Both the position numbers and the translations under genes were made by a program. A model generated the notes under the pieces. It was not told the origin of the DNA. It saw nothing but the letters and a program-made list of their open reading frames with translations, and searched no databases. A DNA stretch of 64,000 nt from an uncultured Myxococcales bacterium (GTDB lineage Bacteria; Myxococcota; Kuafuiibacteriia; Kuafuiibacteriales; Kuafuiibacteriaceae), in contig CAYXDO010000014.1 in the NCBI GenBank assembly GCA_964463485.1, positions 34,063 to 98,062 on the forward strand, read 5' to 3'. This document shows positions 43,265 through 52,866 of this stretch, piece by piece (the first letter of the stretch is position 1; every line of letters begins with the position of its first letter).

Positions 43265-46150
43265 CTATTTCGCGCGGCCGACGCATTCGCGAAATCGTAT
43301 CGAAAACGCGCGCAGGCTCGGCCGCTCCTCGGGATCGATCGCCGTGGACTCTTCGATGAGACTCAGCAGGGGCTTCGGCAGATCCTTTGGCCATTTCTCC
43401 AGATTCCGAGGGTCACTCATTGGCGCTCGCCCCTGATGCATCAGCAACCGGGAAGTCAAGCTGTCCACGGTCTCGAAGAACGAGCTGCCGCTCAGCGCTC
43501 GAAAAACCGTCGCCGCCAACCCGTACACGTCGGTTCGTGCATGGACTCGACCCTCGGTCTGTTCGGGCGCCAGATACCCGGGCGTGCCGCTCAGGAGCCC
43601 CGCGCCCGACAGCGCTCGACTCCTCGCTATGCCGAAGTCGATGACGACCGCGCCCAGAACCCGGGCCTGGGTTCGATGTCGATCTGGCTCGAACCGATCG
43701 CTGGGCCCGAGCGGGAGCCGCACGAAGATGTTCTGCGGGTTGACGTCGGAGTGCACCAACCCAAAGGACTCGAGCGCCATCAACCCATTCGTGACGTCGT
43801 CGACGATGGGTTCGAGCTCTTGGAGGGTCAAAAGCTTGGCTCGGGCGAAACCGAGCAAGTCGACACCGACGAGCCGCTCGAGCACGAGGAACCGGCTCTC
43901 CCCCTCCCCGCCAGCGTCGATGAAGCTCGCGACGTTGGGGTGATAAATTTGCTTCAAGATCTCGGACTCGGCGAGCAGCGCGCGATCGAGGCGATCTCGT
44001 ACGTCCTTGGTCACGTCGGGCCGAAGGACCTTCATGACGAACTTTCTCCCGAGCGGTGGACGTTCCACCAGCCACACCTCACCTTGTGCGCCGCCACCGA
44101 GTCTCTGGATGAGTTTGTACCCTCCGAGCGATTTCCGCTCGGGCTCGGGAGCAACGGATGAGGTCGCGAGCAGCCGCTCCACCGACGCCTTGACGATCGG
44201 GCCGAGCACGGGGCCTAGCGCCAGCCGCCATCGCTCACCCGTGCTGGGCCCGAGCTCGTCGCGCTCTCCTCCGGACAACAGCTGAATCGAACGAACGACC
44301 AACTCTTCCACCTGTTCGTCGCGACCCCACCCTGCGGGTCGAGCGAGCGCGCGGCACGGATCGGTCAAGAGAGGAGCGACCTCGCGCGCGGCCGCTCCGA
44401 GGGCGAGGAGCGCGTCCTTCTTGGCTTCGGCCGAGGGAGTCATCCGCGCCCTTCGCGCCTCTTCGAGCGCCGCGTCGAGGGCCCGCAGGCCCACGTACAA
44501 TGCGGTGTCCTCGGTTCCGAGGCTTCTGAGCGCGTTCAGGACGACTCCCGACAGAGTCTCGACCCGGTCACTCGGACGAAGAGTCTCTCGGATGGTCTCG
44601 ACGGCCCGACTCACGTCGTGCTCGCGCGCCGCCGCCTCGGCTCGTCCAAGATGCTCGAGCGGACCGAGCCCATGCGCGGCGATCGCCCACCACGCGGCAA
44701 ATCGGGAGAGCTCCACGGACTCCGGGATCGCGCCCCCTCGCACCCTCGTGGCGTCGAAGAGGCGGTACGAAACGTCCGCCAGGGGCTTTTGAAACCTGGA
44801 GGCGGTCCGCTTGTCCGGATGTCGCAGCCACTCCGTACTGTCGATCGACGAAAAGACGAACTCAGCGGCCCGAGCCCGCTGCTGCTCCGCTGCGGAGTCG
44901 AGAAACGAGGACAGCACACGCAGGGTCGTGCGGTGGAGCGCAAACTCGGGCTCCCCTCGGTGCAACGCCGAGGACATTCGCGCCGCGATCACCTCTCGGA
45001 GCGCGCTCGAATCGAACGTAGCCACTCCGGCGGCCCGGGCGATGGGATTGGACAAATCGAGCGCGACCGCCCGCGCCACGGACTCGAGAGTGTAAAGTGC
45101 CCTGGCCCGCTCGGGCACCGACCCTTCGAGCGCGGCAGGAAGGGCCGCCTCGAACAACCCACCGAGCGAACCGGCAAGGCCCAAGGCCCTCGAAGCCACC
45201 TTGTCAGCTCCAGCCCGAACGGCCGCGCTGAGTGTACGCTCGAAGAGCAGCTCCGGGTCGGTTGGGTCTGGATCCAACCCATCGAGGTGATCGGTCGCTC
45301 GCACGATCTTCAACCAGAGTTGAGCCTCGGTGATCGATCGAGTTTCGACTTCGAGGGCGACACCCCGAATACGATCGAGCAGCCTGTCCGTGGCTCGATC
45401 GGAGAATCCTCTCCTCCCAATCGTCAGCAACCCATCCGTGAGGCTCCAAAAGACCTCCACGCCGAGCTGAGTCGATTTCCGCCGACCCCGCGAAAAGGAC
45501 TCCAGGCTCTCGTCGAGCCTCCGGACGATCTCGTCGAAGAGCTCCCTGCGATCGCAGGCAATGAACGGCAGCGAGGGCCCGAGCGCCGCCACCGCCCACG
45601 GATCGGCGTCCGCGTGAAACAGCTCGTCGAGCCGCGCTTCGAGCCACCAGACGTCGCCAGGCATGGCCCCGAGCGCGGTGGTCGCGCGGCGTCGCTCCCC
45701 CAAGCTCCCGCTCGAGAGCCACTCGAAGAGGAGCGTACGCGCGTCCGACACCCGCCCGGCCAGTCGCCCGAGCGATCGAGCGGCAGGAATCCACACGAGC
45801 GGCTCCGGATGGGTCGCCAACGACCGAGCGACGGAAGTGGCACTGGACGCTCGGGCGGGATCCAAACCTTCGACCGCCGCTGAAAGGGCCCGCGCGGCAA
45901 GAACGCGCTCTCGAAGAGTACCCCGGACTCGGCCTTCGATGAATCGAGTGAAACGATCGCCCGCGCCGAGCCACTGCGCGACCAGAGGCAGACTACGCGC
46001 CGCTGCGCCAGCTTCGAGCAAACAGAGCTCGACCTGCGCCTCGCGCGCGCTCGACGTGTCGCGCTCGAAGCCGTCGAATGCACGACGCGTCGCTTCGGCC
46101 AGGAAGTCGGCCACGTCGAGTGGTATCGCCCGGAGCGGGCCCCGCTGCAA
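43265..46150 (-). CDS. Ser/Thr protein kinase with large (~650 aa) N-terminal helical (HEAT/TPR-like) domain and C-terminal kinase domain
   Basis: C-terminal GGGAQGEVWL, VMKVL, HSDVNPQNIF, DFGIA, APE, DVYGLAATVF motifs. Confidence 0.8.
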   Translation of the reverse strand: MQRGPLRAIPLDVADFLAEATRRAFDGFERDTSSAREAQVELCLLEAGAAARSLPLVAQWLGAGDRFTRFIEGRVRGTLRERVLAARALSAAVEGLDPARASSATSVARSLATHPEPLVWIPAARSLGRLAGRVSDARTLLFEWLSSGSLGERRRATTALGAMPGDVWWLEARLDELFHADADPWAVAALGPSLPFIACDRRELFDEIVRRLDESLESFSRGRRKSTQLGVEVFWSLTDGLLTIGRRGFSDRATDRLLDRIRGVALEVETRSITEAQLWLKIVRATDHLDGLDPDPTDPELLFERTLSAAVRAGADKVASRALGLAGSLGGLFEAALPAALEGSVPERARALYTLESVARAVALDLSNPIARAAGVATFDSSALREVIAARMSSALHRGEPEFALHRTTLRVLSSFLDSAAEQQRARAAEFVFSSIDSTEWLRHPDKRTASRFQKPLADVSYRLFDATRVRGGAIPESVELSRFAAWWAIAAHGLGPLEHLGRAEAAAREHDVSRAVETIRETLRPSDRVETLSGVVLNALRSLGTEDTALYVGLRALDAALEEARRARMTPSAEAKKDALLALGAAAREVAPLLTDPCRALARPAGWGRDEQVEELVVRSIQLLSGGERDELGPSTGERWRLALGPVLGPIVKASVERLLATSSVAPEPERKSLGGYKLIQRLGGGAQGEVWLVERPPLGRKFVMKVLRPDVTKDVRDRLDRALLAESEILKQIYHPNVASFIDAGGEGESRFLVLERLVGVDLLGFARAKLLTLQELEPIVDDVTNGLMALESFGLVHSDVNPQNIFVRLPLGPSDRFEPDRHRTQARVLGAVVIDFGIARSRALSGAGLLSGTPGYLAPEQTEGRVHARTDVYGLAATVFRALSGSSFFETVDSLTSRLLMHQGRAPMSDPRNLEKWPKDLPKPLLSLIEESTAIDPEERPSLRAFSIRFRECVGRAK

Positions 46151-46195
46151 CCCTCTCGACCCGCCTGAGTTCAGCGGGGCGATCGATCGCTGCTC

Positions 46196-47017
46196 CTAGA
46201 CGGGTTTGGAGCCTTTAACGAGGGGCGAGAGCTCCCTCACGTCGTGCGCCGAAAACACCGATACTTCCTTGGATCTCGCGAGCTCCGCGAGACGCTCGGT
46301 GTTGGTGAGTCGATCGTGATCATCCATGGCGATGATCGACTGAAAGAGCGAGAGCGCCGGAGGGCAGCTCGGAGACTCGGGACGAATCTGTCCCTCCGAG
46401 AAATACGCATCTCCTGCGTGAAACAACCAACCGCGATCGGTCGAGACGGCCACCCCTGCGTGGCCTCGTGTGTGACCCACGAGCGGCACGAGCAAGATTT
46501 CAGGCGAGACCCCGGGAAGCGCTCGGACCGCAGCAAACCCATGGAACGGCTCGCCCGTGGCCTCGTGCGCGACCAGCTTCGGACGATGAGACCACTGAAT
46601 GGGTCGGTACCGCTCGGTCTCGAGCAAGGTCGCCCGTCGAGTAGCTGCGAGAAGCTCGTCGCGCATGACGTGAATTTCGGCCTCCGGAAAATCCGAGATA
46701 CCCCCCACATGGTCGAGATCCATGTGGGTGAGTACGATGTGGCGCACGTCTTTGGGGCTGTATCCGAGCTTTTCCACCTGACGGATCGCGGTCTCCGCTT
46801 CGTCCAACGCGGGCCTCGCGAGACTCATGAAGAGTCGTCCAAGCCTCTGCTTCGCGTTTCGCAGGTCCACGAGGCCTAGGCCTGCGTCGACCAACACCAA
46901 GCCTTCGGGCGCTTCGACGAGCAGGACGTGGCAGCAGATTTCACGCGCGCCTTTGGTGTAGACGAGTCGACCGCCGAACGGTCGCATCGAGGCGCAATTC
47001 AGGTGATGGACCTTCAT
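46196..47017 (-). CDS. MBL-fold metallo-hydrolase
   Basis: THMDLDHVGG (HxHxDH), downstream His/Asp ligands. ATG verified by reverse complement at 47015-47017, ATGA-overlapping the upstream gene stop. Confidence 0.8.
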   Translation of the reverse strand: MKVHHLNCASMRPFGGRLVYTKGAREICCHVLLVEAPEGLVLVDAGLGLVDLRNAKQRLGRLFMSLARPALDEAETAIRQVEKLGYSPKDVRHIVLTHMDLDHVGGISDFPEAEIHVMRDELLAATRRATLLETERYRPIQWSHRPKLVAHEATGEPFHGFAAVRALPGVSPEILLVPLVGHTRGHAGVAVSTDRGWLFHAGDAYFSEGQIRPESPSCPPALSLFQSIIAMDDHDRLTNTERLAELARSKEVSVFSAHDVRELSPLVKGSKPV

Positions 47018-49143
47018 AGGCCCACGGCCCAAATCGAAATCGCGACGTGGGCGACCAGCATCACGAACATGACGACGGAGACAGCGATGTGAAAAGCACG
47101 CCACTTCGCGAGCAGCTTCCGCACCGCGCCGAGGAACCGGACGCGCCGCTCGATCTTGGCGCGCTGTCCCATGAGCTCGATGGCGGTCTTTCGCAGCTTG
47201 GTGTCCTTCATCTCGCCGAGCAACCCGAAGCGGAGCGAAATCGCCGCCGAGATACTCTTGAGCTCGGTGGAGACGAGATAACCGAGGAAACCGATCGCAC
47301 CCATGTCGTCTTCTTCGCGAACCTCCTCGTTCTTCTCCTGAGCCTTGAGAAACTGCTGCAACACATTGGCGCTCATGGTCATGGACGACCATTGGTCCGC
47401 CGCCTTCTGAATGCCTTCGTCGAGCCGAGTCTTCGCGCGGTTCGCGGCAAACTCGGCCTTCGGCAGCGCCGTGTACAAATACCGACCCACCACTCCCGAG
47501 AGTAAGACCACCACTACGGCCCACCACAACCACACGACCCAGTACCAACTCAGGACGTGGAGGTTGGTGTGGAGGAGCGCCAGAGCGGGCCCCGCGAGAC
47601 CAAACACCACGTGAAAGTCGAACCACGTCCGCGACCCACCAATCCGCCGAAGACCCGGGACATGCAGGCGAAGCGTGTATAACGCGGAGACGATCATCAT
47701 GCCGCCTCCGATGTAACCCATCCAACGGCCCATGCCGAAGCCGGCCGTATATTTGAGGGTGAGCTTCGCCGCCGCGTCTGCTCCGGCTAAGAGCGCCACG
47801 AGCGGCTTGTAGATCGACAAGCCCGGAGAGAGCTTTCGCGCCCCGAACTCCCAGGCACAACCGAGCACGGCGAGCGCCGCCAGCGCAAACAACGTCCGCA
47901 TGAACGTGACGCCCTGCGCCGCCGCCACCTGTGAGTAGCCGACTTCGAAAGGCTTTGGATCGAAATACTTGGAGACTTGGTCGGCCTGCCCTCCGTCGCG
48001 CCTGAAGAGCTCGTTGGGATTGATCTGAATGATCGCTCCGGTCGGACAGGCGGTGATACACGCCATGTCTTCGTAACCCACGCAGTGGTCGCACTTGTTG
48101 GCGATTCGCTTGGGTTTCTTCTTCTCCTTCGGCTTCTCCTCGCCCTTGGCGATCACCGTCTTGGGTCGGTCGTCGCGGGCCGCTTTGACCTTGTCGACGA
48201 TGTCGATCTCTTCGGCGACGACGTCCACCATCCGAATCGCTTCATGCGGGCACGCCTTGGCGCATTTCGTACAACCCACGCAGTTGTCGTAGACGATGAC
48301 TTCGTGGTGTTCCGGCTCGAGCTCGATCGCGTCGAAGTTGCACTCGGGAATGCACCGCGCGTCCTCGCAAGTGCGACAATTGAGGGTGAATTGGATCAGG
48401 CCGAGGCTAGGCCCAAAGCGTTCGATGCGCGAGATGCCGTGGCGTTGCTCGCAGGCCATGACACACTCGTCGCAATCGATACACTTGTCGGTCTGGATGA
48501 CTTTGACGGCCTTGGCGTATTCGAGACCCTCGCGAACGAAGAAGTCGAGAATCTCTTGCCTATTCTCGAGCTTGAGGAAGGACTGTCGATAGTAGGACGA
48601 CTCGGCCCGTTTTTCGATCGCGGCGCGCGCGGTCGGGACCCTCGCGAGGATTTGATCGAGGTCCGCCTTTTGGATCTTGATGAGGACGACGGGGAGGCAG
48701 GTATAGAGTGCGACATCGTACTTGCGCCCGTCGCTCCCGCGCACATCGGGGACGTGATCGTTGGCGAAGAAGTCGCCCGGGTCGAAGAGGGCGATGTTCT
48801 TCTTCGTGAGTTGCATGACCGGCGGCGGTCGCTTCTTCGGCGAGGGGGGCGGCGGGACTTGGCCGCGTTCGAACTCGGCGAAGGCGACCTGGCCTTTGGA
48901 GAGAAAGTAGTAAGCGGGGACTTCGGCGCCGTCGTCGGCGCGCGGGAGCACTCGGTCTTGAGCGAGGGTGACGAGGGTGGAGACGGCGGCAATTTCGCGC
49001 CGCTCGACGACGGTCAGGTCGCGAAAGGCGTCGAGTTTCTGGAGCTCGGCGTCGACGTCGACGTCCGACTTCGGACTCGCGTCGCGCTTCTCGGTCGCCT
49101 TCTTGCCTTCCGGCTTCTCTTTCTTCTCCAACGCACTCATCAT
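47014..49143 (-). CDS. Membrane protein with N-terminal cNMP-binding-like domain, three to four 4Fe-4S ferredoxin-type Cys clusters and C-terminal polytopic membrane domain
   Basis: CIDCDECVMAC, CRTCEDARCIPEC, CVGCTKCAKACP, CDHCVGYEDMACITACP. 6+ TM helices in the C-terminal half. ATGA overlap with the upstream TPR gene at 49140-49143. Confidence 0.75.
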   Translation of the reverse strand: MMSALEKKEKPEGKKATEKRDASPKSDVDVDAELQKLDAFRDLTVVERREIAAVSTLVTLAQDRVLPRADDGAEVPAYYFLSKGQVAFAEFERGQVPPPPSPKKRPPPVMQLTKKNIALFDPGDFFANDHVPDVRGSDGRKYDVALYTCLPVVLIKIQKADLDQILARVPTARAAIEKRAESSYYRQSFLKLENRQEILDFFVREGLEYAKAVKVIQTDKCIDCDECVMACEQRHGISRIERFGPSLGLIQFTLNCRTCEDARCIPECNFDAIELEPEHHEVIVYDNCVGCTKCAKACPHEAIRMVDVVAEEIDIVDKVKAARDDRPKTVIAKGEEKPKEKKKPKRIANKCDHCVGYEDMACITACPTGAIIQINPNELFRRDGGQADQVSKYFDPKPFEVGYSQVAAAQGVTFMRTLFALAALAVLGCAWEFGARKLSPGLSIYKPLVALLAGADAAAKLTLKYTAGFGMGRWMGYIGGGMMIVSALYTLRLHVPGLRRIGGSRTWFDFHVVFGLAGPALALLHTNLHVLSWYWVVWLWWAVVVVLLSGVVGRYLYTALPKAEFAANRAKTRLDEGIQKAADQWSSMTMSANVLQQFLKAQEKNEEVREEDDMGAIGFLGYLVSTELKSISAAISLRFGLLGEMKDTKLRKTAIELMGQRAKIERRVRFLGAVRKLLAKWRAFHIAVSVVMFVMLVAHVAISIWAVGL

Positions 49144-52100
49144 CGACCGCGCAGGAGCTTCTGAGCTTCCTTCGCCAAATCACCGTCAGGACGGGCCTTT
49201 CGAAAGAGCTCGAGCTCCTTTTGACCCTGCCGTTTGGTTTTTGGCTGTTTGATCAGATGCCGCCCGAGGTAGAAATGGGCCTCGTCGGGGGCGTCGTCGT
49301 GCGTGAGAGCGGCCTCCAGCATCGCAACGCCTCGTTTGGCGTCTTCTTCGAGCACGATGCGACCGAGGTAATAGAGGTCGACGCCGGATCTTTCGTCTTT
49401 AGCGCCCTTCTTCGGCGGCGTCCCGAGGCTCTTGTTCAGCTTGAGCGCGGACGTGTACCGGTTGAGTGCGGCCTCATAGTCCTTTTGAGCATGCTCCACC
49501 GAGCCGAGCTCGAGGAGCGTTTGAGTATCACTGCCAGAGACGTCGGCGATTCGAGAGAGCGCGTCCTTGGCACCACGGTCGTCTCCGCGCTCCTTTCGGA
49601 GCTTGGCGAGGAGCTTGAGCGCCTTGGGAATGAGTTGGTTCGACTCGAGGATGGGCTCGAGCGCAGCGAGCGCTTCGATCGGTTTGTTCTTGGCCGCCAA
49701 GATCTGAGCGAGCCCGAAGCGAGCATCGACGGAGGTCGGGTCGGCGGCGATCGCCGCTTCGAAGGCGGAGCGAGCGTCCTCCGGTTTTTGGGAAGCCAGC
49801 ATGACTTGACCGAGCTCGGCATCCCAAGCCGGGTCCTTCTCGAGCTTCCGCGCTTGTTCGACGAGCCCGAGCGCCTCTTCGACTCGGCCCGCCATGCGGG
49901 CGCGGCGAGAAAGCTCGGCAAAATTGGCGGCCTCGAGCGCGTCTTCGAGCTTCTCCGAGCTCATCAACTTCGAGGTGATCGGGGGAAAGGCGCCCGTTCG
50001 CGGAGTCACCGCGACGAGCGCAAACGTGCCGGGCGTGAGGCGCACGGAGCCATACGGGAGCTCGACTTGGCCGAGTCCGTCGGTCCTCGAGTCACCTTTC
50101 CAGTCAGAGTCGAGCTTCGCGGCCACGCCGAAGCGGGCGCGAGCAAGACCGACCTGAATTTCTGGACTCTTTGGGTCGAGCTTCGCCGCCGCCTCGTACA
50201 GCTCGACGGCGCGGTCCCAACCTCCGGCCGCCAGATACAAATCGGCGACCACAGTCTTGAAGGCCGCGCTGCTCGCGTACGCTGCCTCGGCCCTCCCAAG
50301 CTGCTCGATGGCTCCCTCTCGGTCTCCGCGGGAGAAGTCGGCCACCGCAAACAAGAGCGCACCGCGCCCCGCTTCGTCCTTGGCGACTTCCTTTCTCTCC
50401 TCCTTGAGCAGCCCAAACAAGATGGCCTGAGTCTGCACGGCCTCCGGGTCCTTGCCTGAGCTCTGCCCGAGAGTGTATCGCTCGAGCGCCGCCTGCACGT
50501 CGTGCGGCCTCTTCGACAGGATCTCACCGTAATATCGAAACGCGGCGTCGAGATTTCCGTTTCTCGCGTGCCAACGCGCGAGCTCCAGCAAAGTCTCTCT
50601 GCGAGCAGGGTGGAGCGCCCGCGCTTCGTGCAACGCCGCGAGCGCCGCCTTCTCGTCGCCGAGCTTGACCGCCATACGCGCCTTCTGCAGCAGCGCTTTG
50701 GGACTGCCAGGGAAACGAACGAGCGCGGCGTCTACCTCGCGCTTTGCGATCTCCAAACCCTTGGCTCCGGAGCTCGTGATCGCCATGGCCGCGACGGCCT
50801 CCACGGTCGGCGTGGTCGCGCTCAGCGAGCCCAGCGCGGATTTGGCTCGAAGCAGAGCGTCTGCGCTCTGACCGAACTCCAGCCACTCCCTGGCGGCAAT
50901 CTCCGCACGCGCCGCAGTGAGTACGCTCCTCAAGTCCGGGTAGCTTCCGATCAGCGCGTCGAGCGCTTCGTCGGCCGACAGGAGCGAGGCAAGGCTGGCG
51001 TCTTCGAGGTCGTGACCCAGGTTGCGAAGCTCCTCTTCGGCGTCGTTGACTCCGGCCGGAGCCCGCCGGGACATCGCCACGTACCCACCCCAGGCAGAGA
51101 GTCCGCCCACGACCATTACCGTGCCCCACCAGGTCAGGCGGCCCATACCCTTGCCGGTCCGGACGACCATGACTTCGCGGCGCCCACCGGCCTCGGCTCG
51201 GCCTGCTTCTTTGTCCTTCTCCCTAGCCTTGGGCTTGGGCTCGTCGACCGACGGGTCCTTCTTGGCCGTCGGTTTGTCCCCGCCATACAGCGCCCAAATG
51301 GCCTCGTCCACCATCTGAGTTGCCGGGCGCTCCTCACTCGGACGCTTGGGATCTGGCTTGAGTTTGGGCTTTTCTTCGTCGGCCTTGCCTGCCTTCGGCT
51401 CCGGAGACTTCTCCGGCTTCGCAGCCTTCTCCGGCTTGAGTGGCTTCTCCGTTTTTTCAGGCTTCTCGGGCTTCTCTGATTTGTCCGGCTTCTCCGATTT
51501 ATCCTGCTTTTCTGACTTCTCGGGCTTCTCGAATTTTTCCGCTTTTTCGTGCTTTTCGGCTCTTTCGTCGCCCTTCGGTGCGACGCCTTCGGCCGCTTTC
51601 GCTGCTTCCTCCGCCTTTTTGGCCTTGGCCGCTTTGGCTGCGGCGATCCGGGCCTCCCGCTGAGCGGCCTTGTCGTCGGCAGGCGCCGCACCAGCCTCCC
51701 GCACTTCATCCGCGGCCTTCTCTGGTTTGGCTTCAGGCGGAGGTTTGGTCGGAGCCTCGTCAGGCGGCGGCGCCGGGGGCGGAACAGATCGGCGAGACTC
51801 GGACTTGGGCGGCTCGGCGGCGTTCGACACGGGCGGCGGCGGCGGCATCGAGCTGGGCTTCGAAGACGCAACGGGCCTCGACGATGGCGCGGAAGGCGCT
51901 TTCTTCGGGTCGGAGCGCTCCACGCGGGTCGGCTGATTCTCCTTGGGCGGCTCCGGAGGTTCAGGAAGGCCCGCCGGCATCGAAAGCTCAGCAGACACTG
52001 CAATGCCCTCCGTGAGCGGCTCCGGCTCGGACACCGGCGTGTCGAAGAGCGGGCTCACGATGCGGCTGTAATCCGCGGCGCTCCCACCCACCTTGGGAGG

Positions 52101-52814
52101 CGGGGGCTTGGAGGGGGCCTGCTTCTTGCCGTCGAACAACAAATTGCGGACGTCGTAGGTCGTCCGATCAAGCGGCTCTAGGGGCTCCGCTGGCTCACCA
52201 AGCCCTTCCAGCTGCCGAGAAAGCAGATCTGGCTTGGGCGAAGGCGAAGGGCCGCCGGAGCCAGCGAAAACGGTCGCCTCCTCCCCGCCAGCCAAGAACT
52301 CCGTGGCGCCATCGTCGGTCGCGGTCCACGGGCTCGCCCCCTGAGGTACGTCTTCGCCACGCATGACCGGCAACTCCACCGGCTTCTCGGCCTCCGCCAA
52401 GCGCTTGGCACGCTTCAAGAGGTCCGCGTACTCACGAGACTCCGGCTCGAGCCGCACCGCTTGCCCGAGGAATTGTATGGCCCGCTTGGCCATACCCTTC
52501 TGCAACAGCAGCGAACCCATCAACGCGAGCGCCTGCGGATTGTCTTGATCTACAATCAGCGCTTCTTTGATCTGCTCCAACGCTTCGCGGAATCGGCCTC
52601 GGCCCGACTCCGCCACCGCCAACGCAAGGCGCCCTCCTACCGAGCTTGGGTGAAAATTGAGCCCCCTGCGCGCGATCTCCGCCGCGCGCTCATGACTTGC
52701 CTGCCGGTTGTATTCCTCCGCGAGGGTGATGAACACCAACGAGCGGGGATTTGCTTCGAGCTCTGCCTCGTACGCCGTGATCCTGCGCCGGTCCTTGTCG
52801 TCGGGCTCCGCCAA
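49140..52814 (-). CDS. Large TPR-repeat protein with central Lys/Glu/Pro-rich low-complexity tract (EKPEKSEKQDKSEKPDKSEKPEKPEKTEKP) and one TM segment
   Basis: Multiple TPR-like helical pairs at both ends, a TM helix after the charged tract (LTWWGTVMVVGGLSAWGGYVAM). First gene of a three-gene coupled operon. Confidence 0.75.
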   Translation of the reverse strand: MAEPDDKDRRRITAYEAELEANPRSLVFITLAEEYNRQASHERAAEIARRGLNFHPSSVGGRLALAVAESGRGRFREALEQIKEALIVDQDNPQALALMGSLLLQKGMAKRAIQFLGQAVRLEPESREYADLLKRAKRLAEAEKPVELPVMRGEDVPQGASPWTATDDGATEFLAGGEEATVFAGSGGPSPSPKPDLLSRQLEGLGEPAEPLEPLDRTTYDVRNLLFDGKKQAPSKPPPPKVGGSAADYSRIVSPLFDTPVSEPEPLTEGIAVSAELSMPAGLPEPPEPPKENQPTRVERSDPKKAPSAPSSRPVASSKPSSMPPPPPVSNAAEPPKSESRRSVPPPAPPPDEAPTKPPPEAKPEKAADEVREAGAAPADDKAAQREARIAAAKAAKAKKAEEAAKAAEGVAPKGDERAEKHEKAEKFEKPEKSEKQDKSEKPDKSEKPEKPEKTEKPLKPEKAAKPEKSPEPKAGKADEEKPKLKPDPKRPSEERPATQMVDEAIWALYGGDKPTAKKDPSVDEPKPKAREKDKEAGRAEAGGRREVMVVRTGKGMGRLTWWGTVMVVGGLSAWGGYVAMSRRAPAGVNDAEEELRNLGHDLEDASLASLLSADEALDALIGSYPDLRSVLTAARAEIAAREWLEFGQSADALLRAKSALGSLSATTPTVEAVAAMAITSSGAKGLEIAKREVDAALVRFPGSPKALLQKARMAVKLGDEKAALAALHEARALHPARRETLLELARWHARNGNLDAAFRYYGEILSKRPHDVQAALERYTLGQSSGKDPEAVQTQAILFGLLKEERKEVAKDEAGRGALLFAVADFSRGDREGAIEQLGRAEAAYASSAAFKTVVADLYLAAGGWDRAVELYEAAAKLDPKSPEIQVGLARARFGVAAKLDSDWKGDSRTDGLGQVELPYGSVRLTPGTFALVAVTPRTGAFPPITSKLMSSEKLEDALEAANFAELSRRARMAGRVEEALGLVEQARKLEKDPAWDAELGQVMLASQKPEDARSAFEAAIAADPTSVDARFGLAQILAAKNKPIEALAALEPILESNQLIPKALKLLAKLRKERGDDRGAKDALSRIADVSGSDTQTLLELGSVEHAQKDYEAALNRYTSALKLNKSLGTPPKKGAKDERSGVDLYYLGRIVLEEDAKRGVAMLEAALTHDDAPDEAHFYLGRHLIKQPKTKRQGQKELELFRKARPDGDLAKEAQKLLRGR

Positions 52815-52866
52815 GCCGGGCTGATGCTAGCCGGCCCCACGAGAGGAGGAAAGTGTTCGGTCGCTT

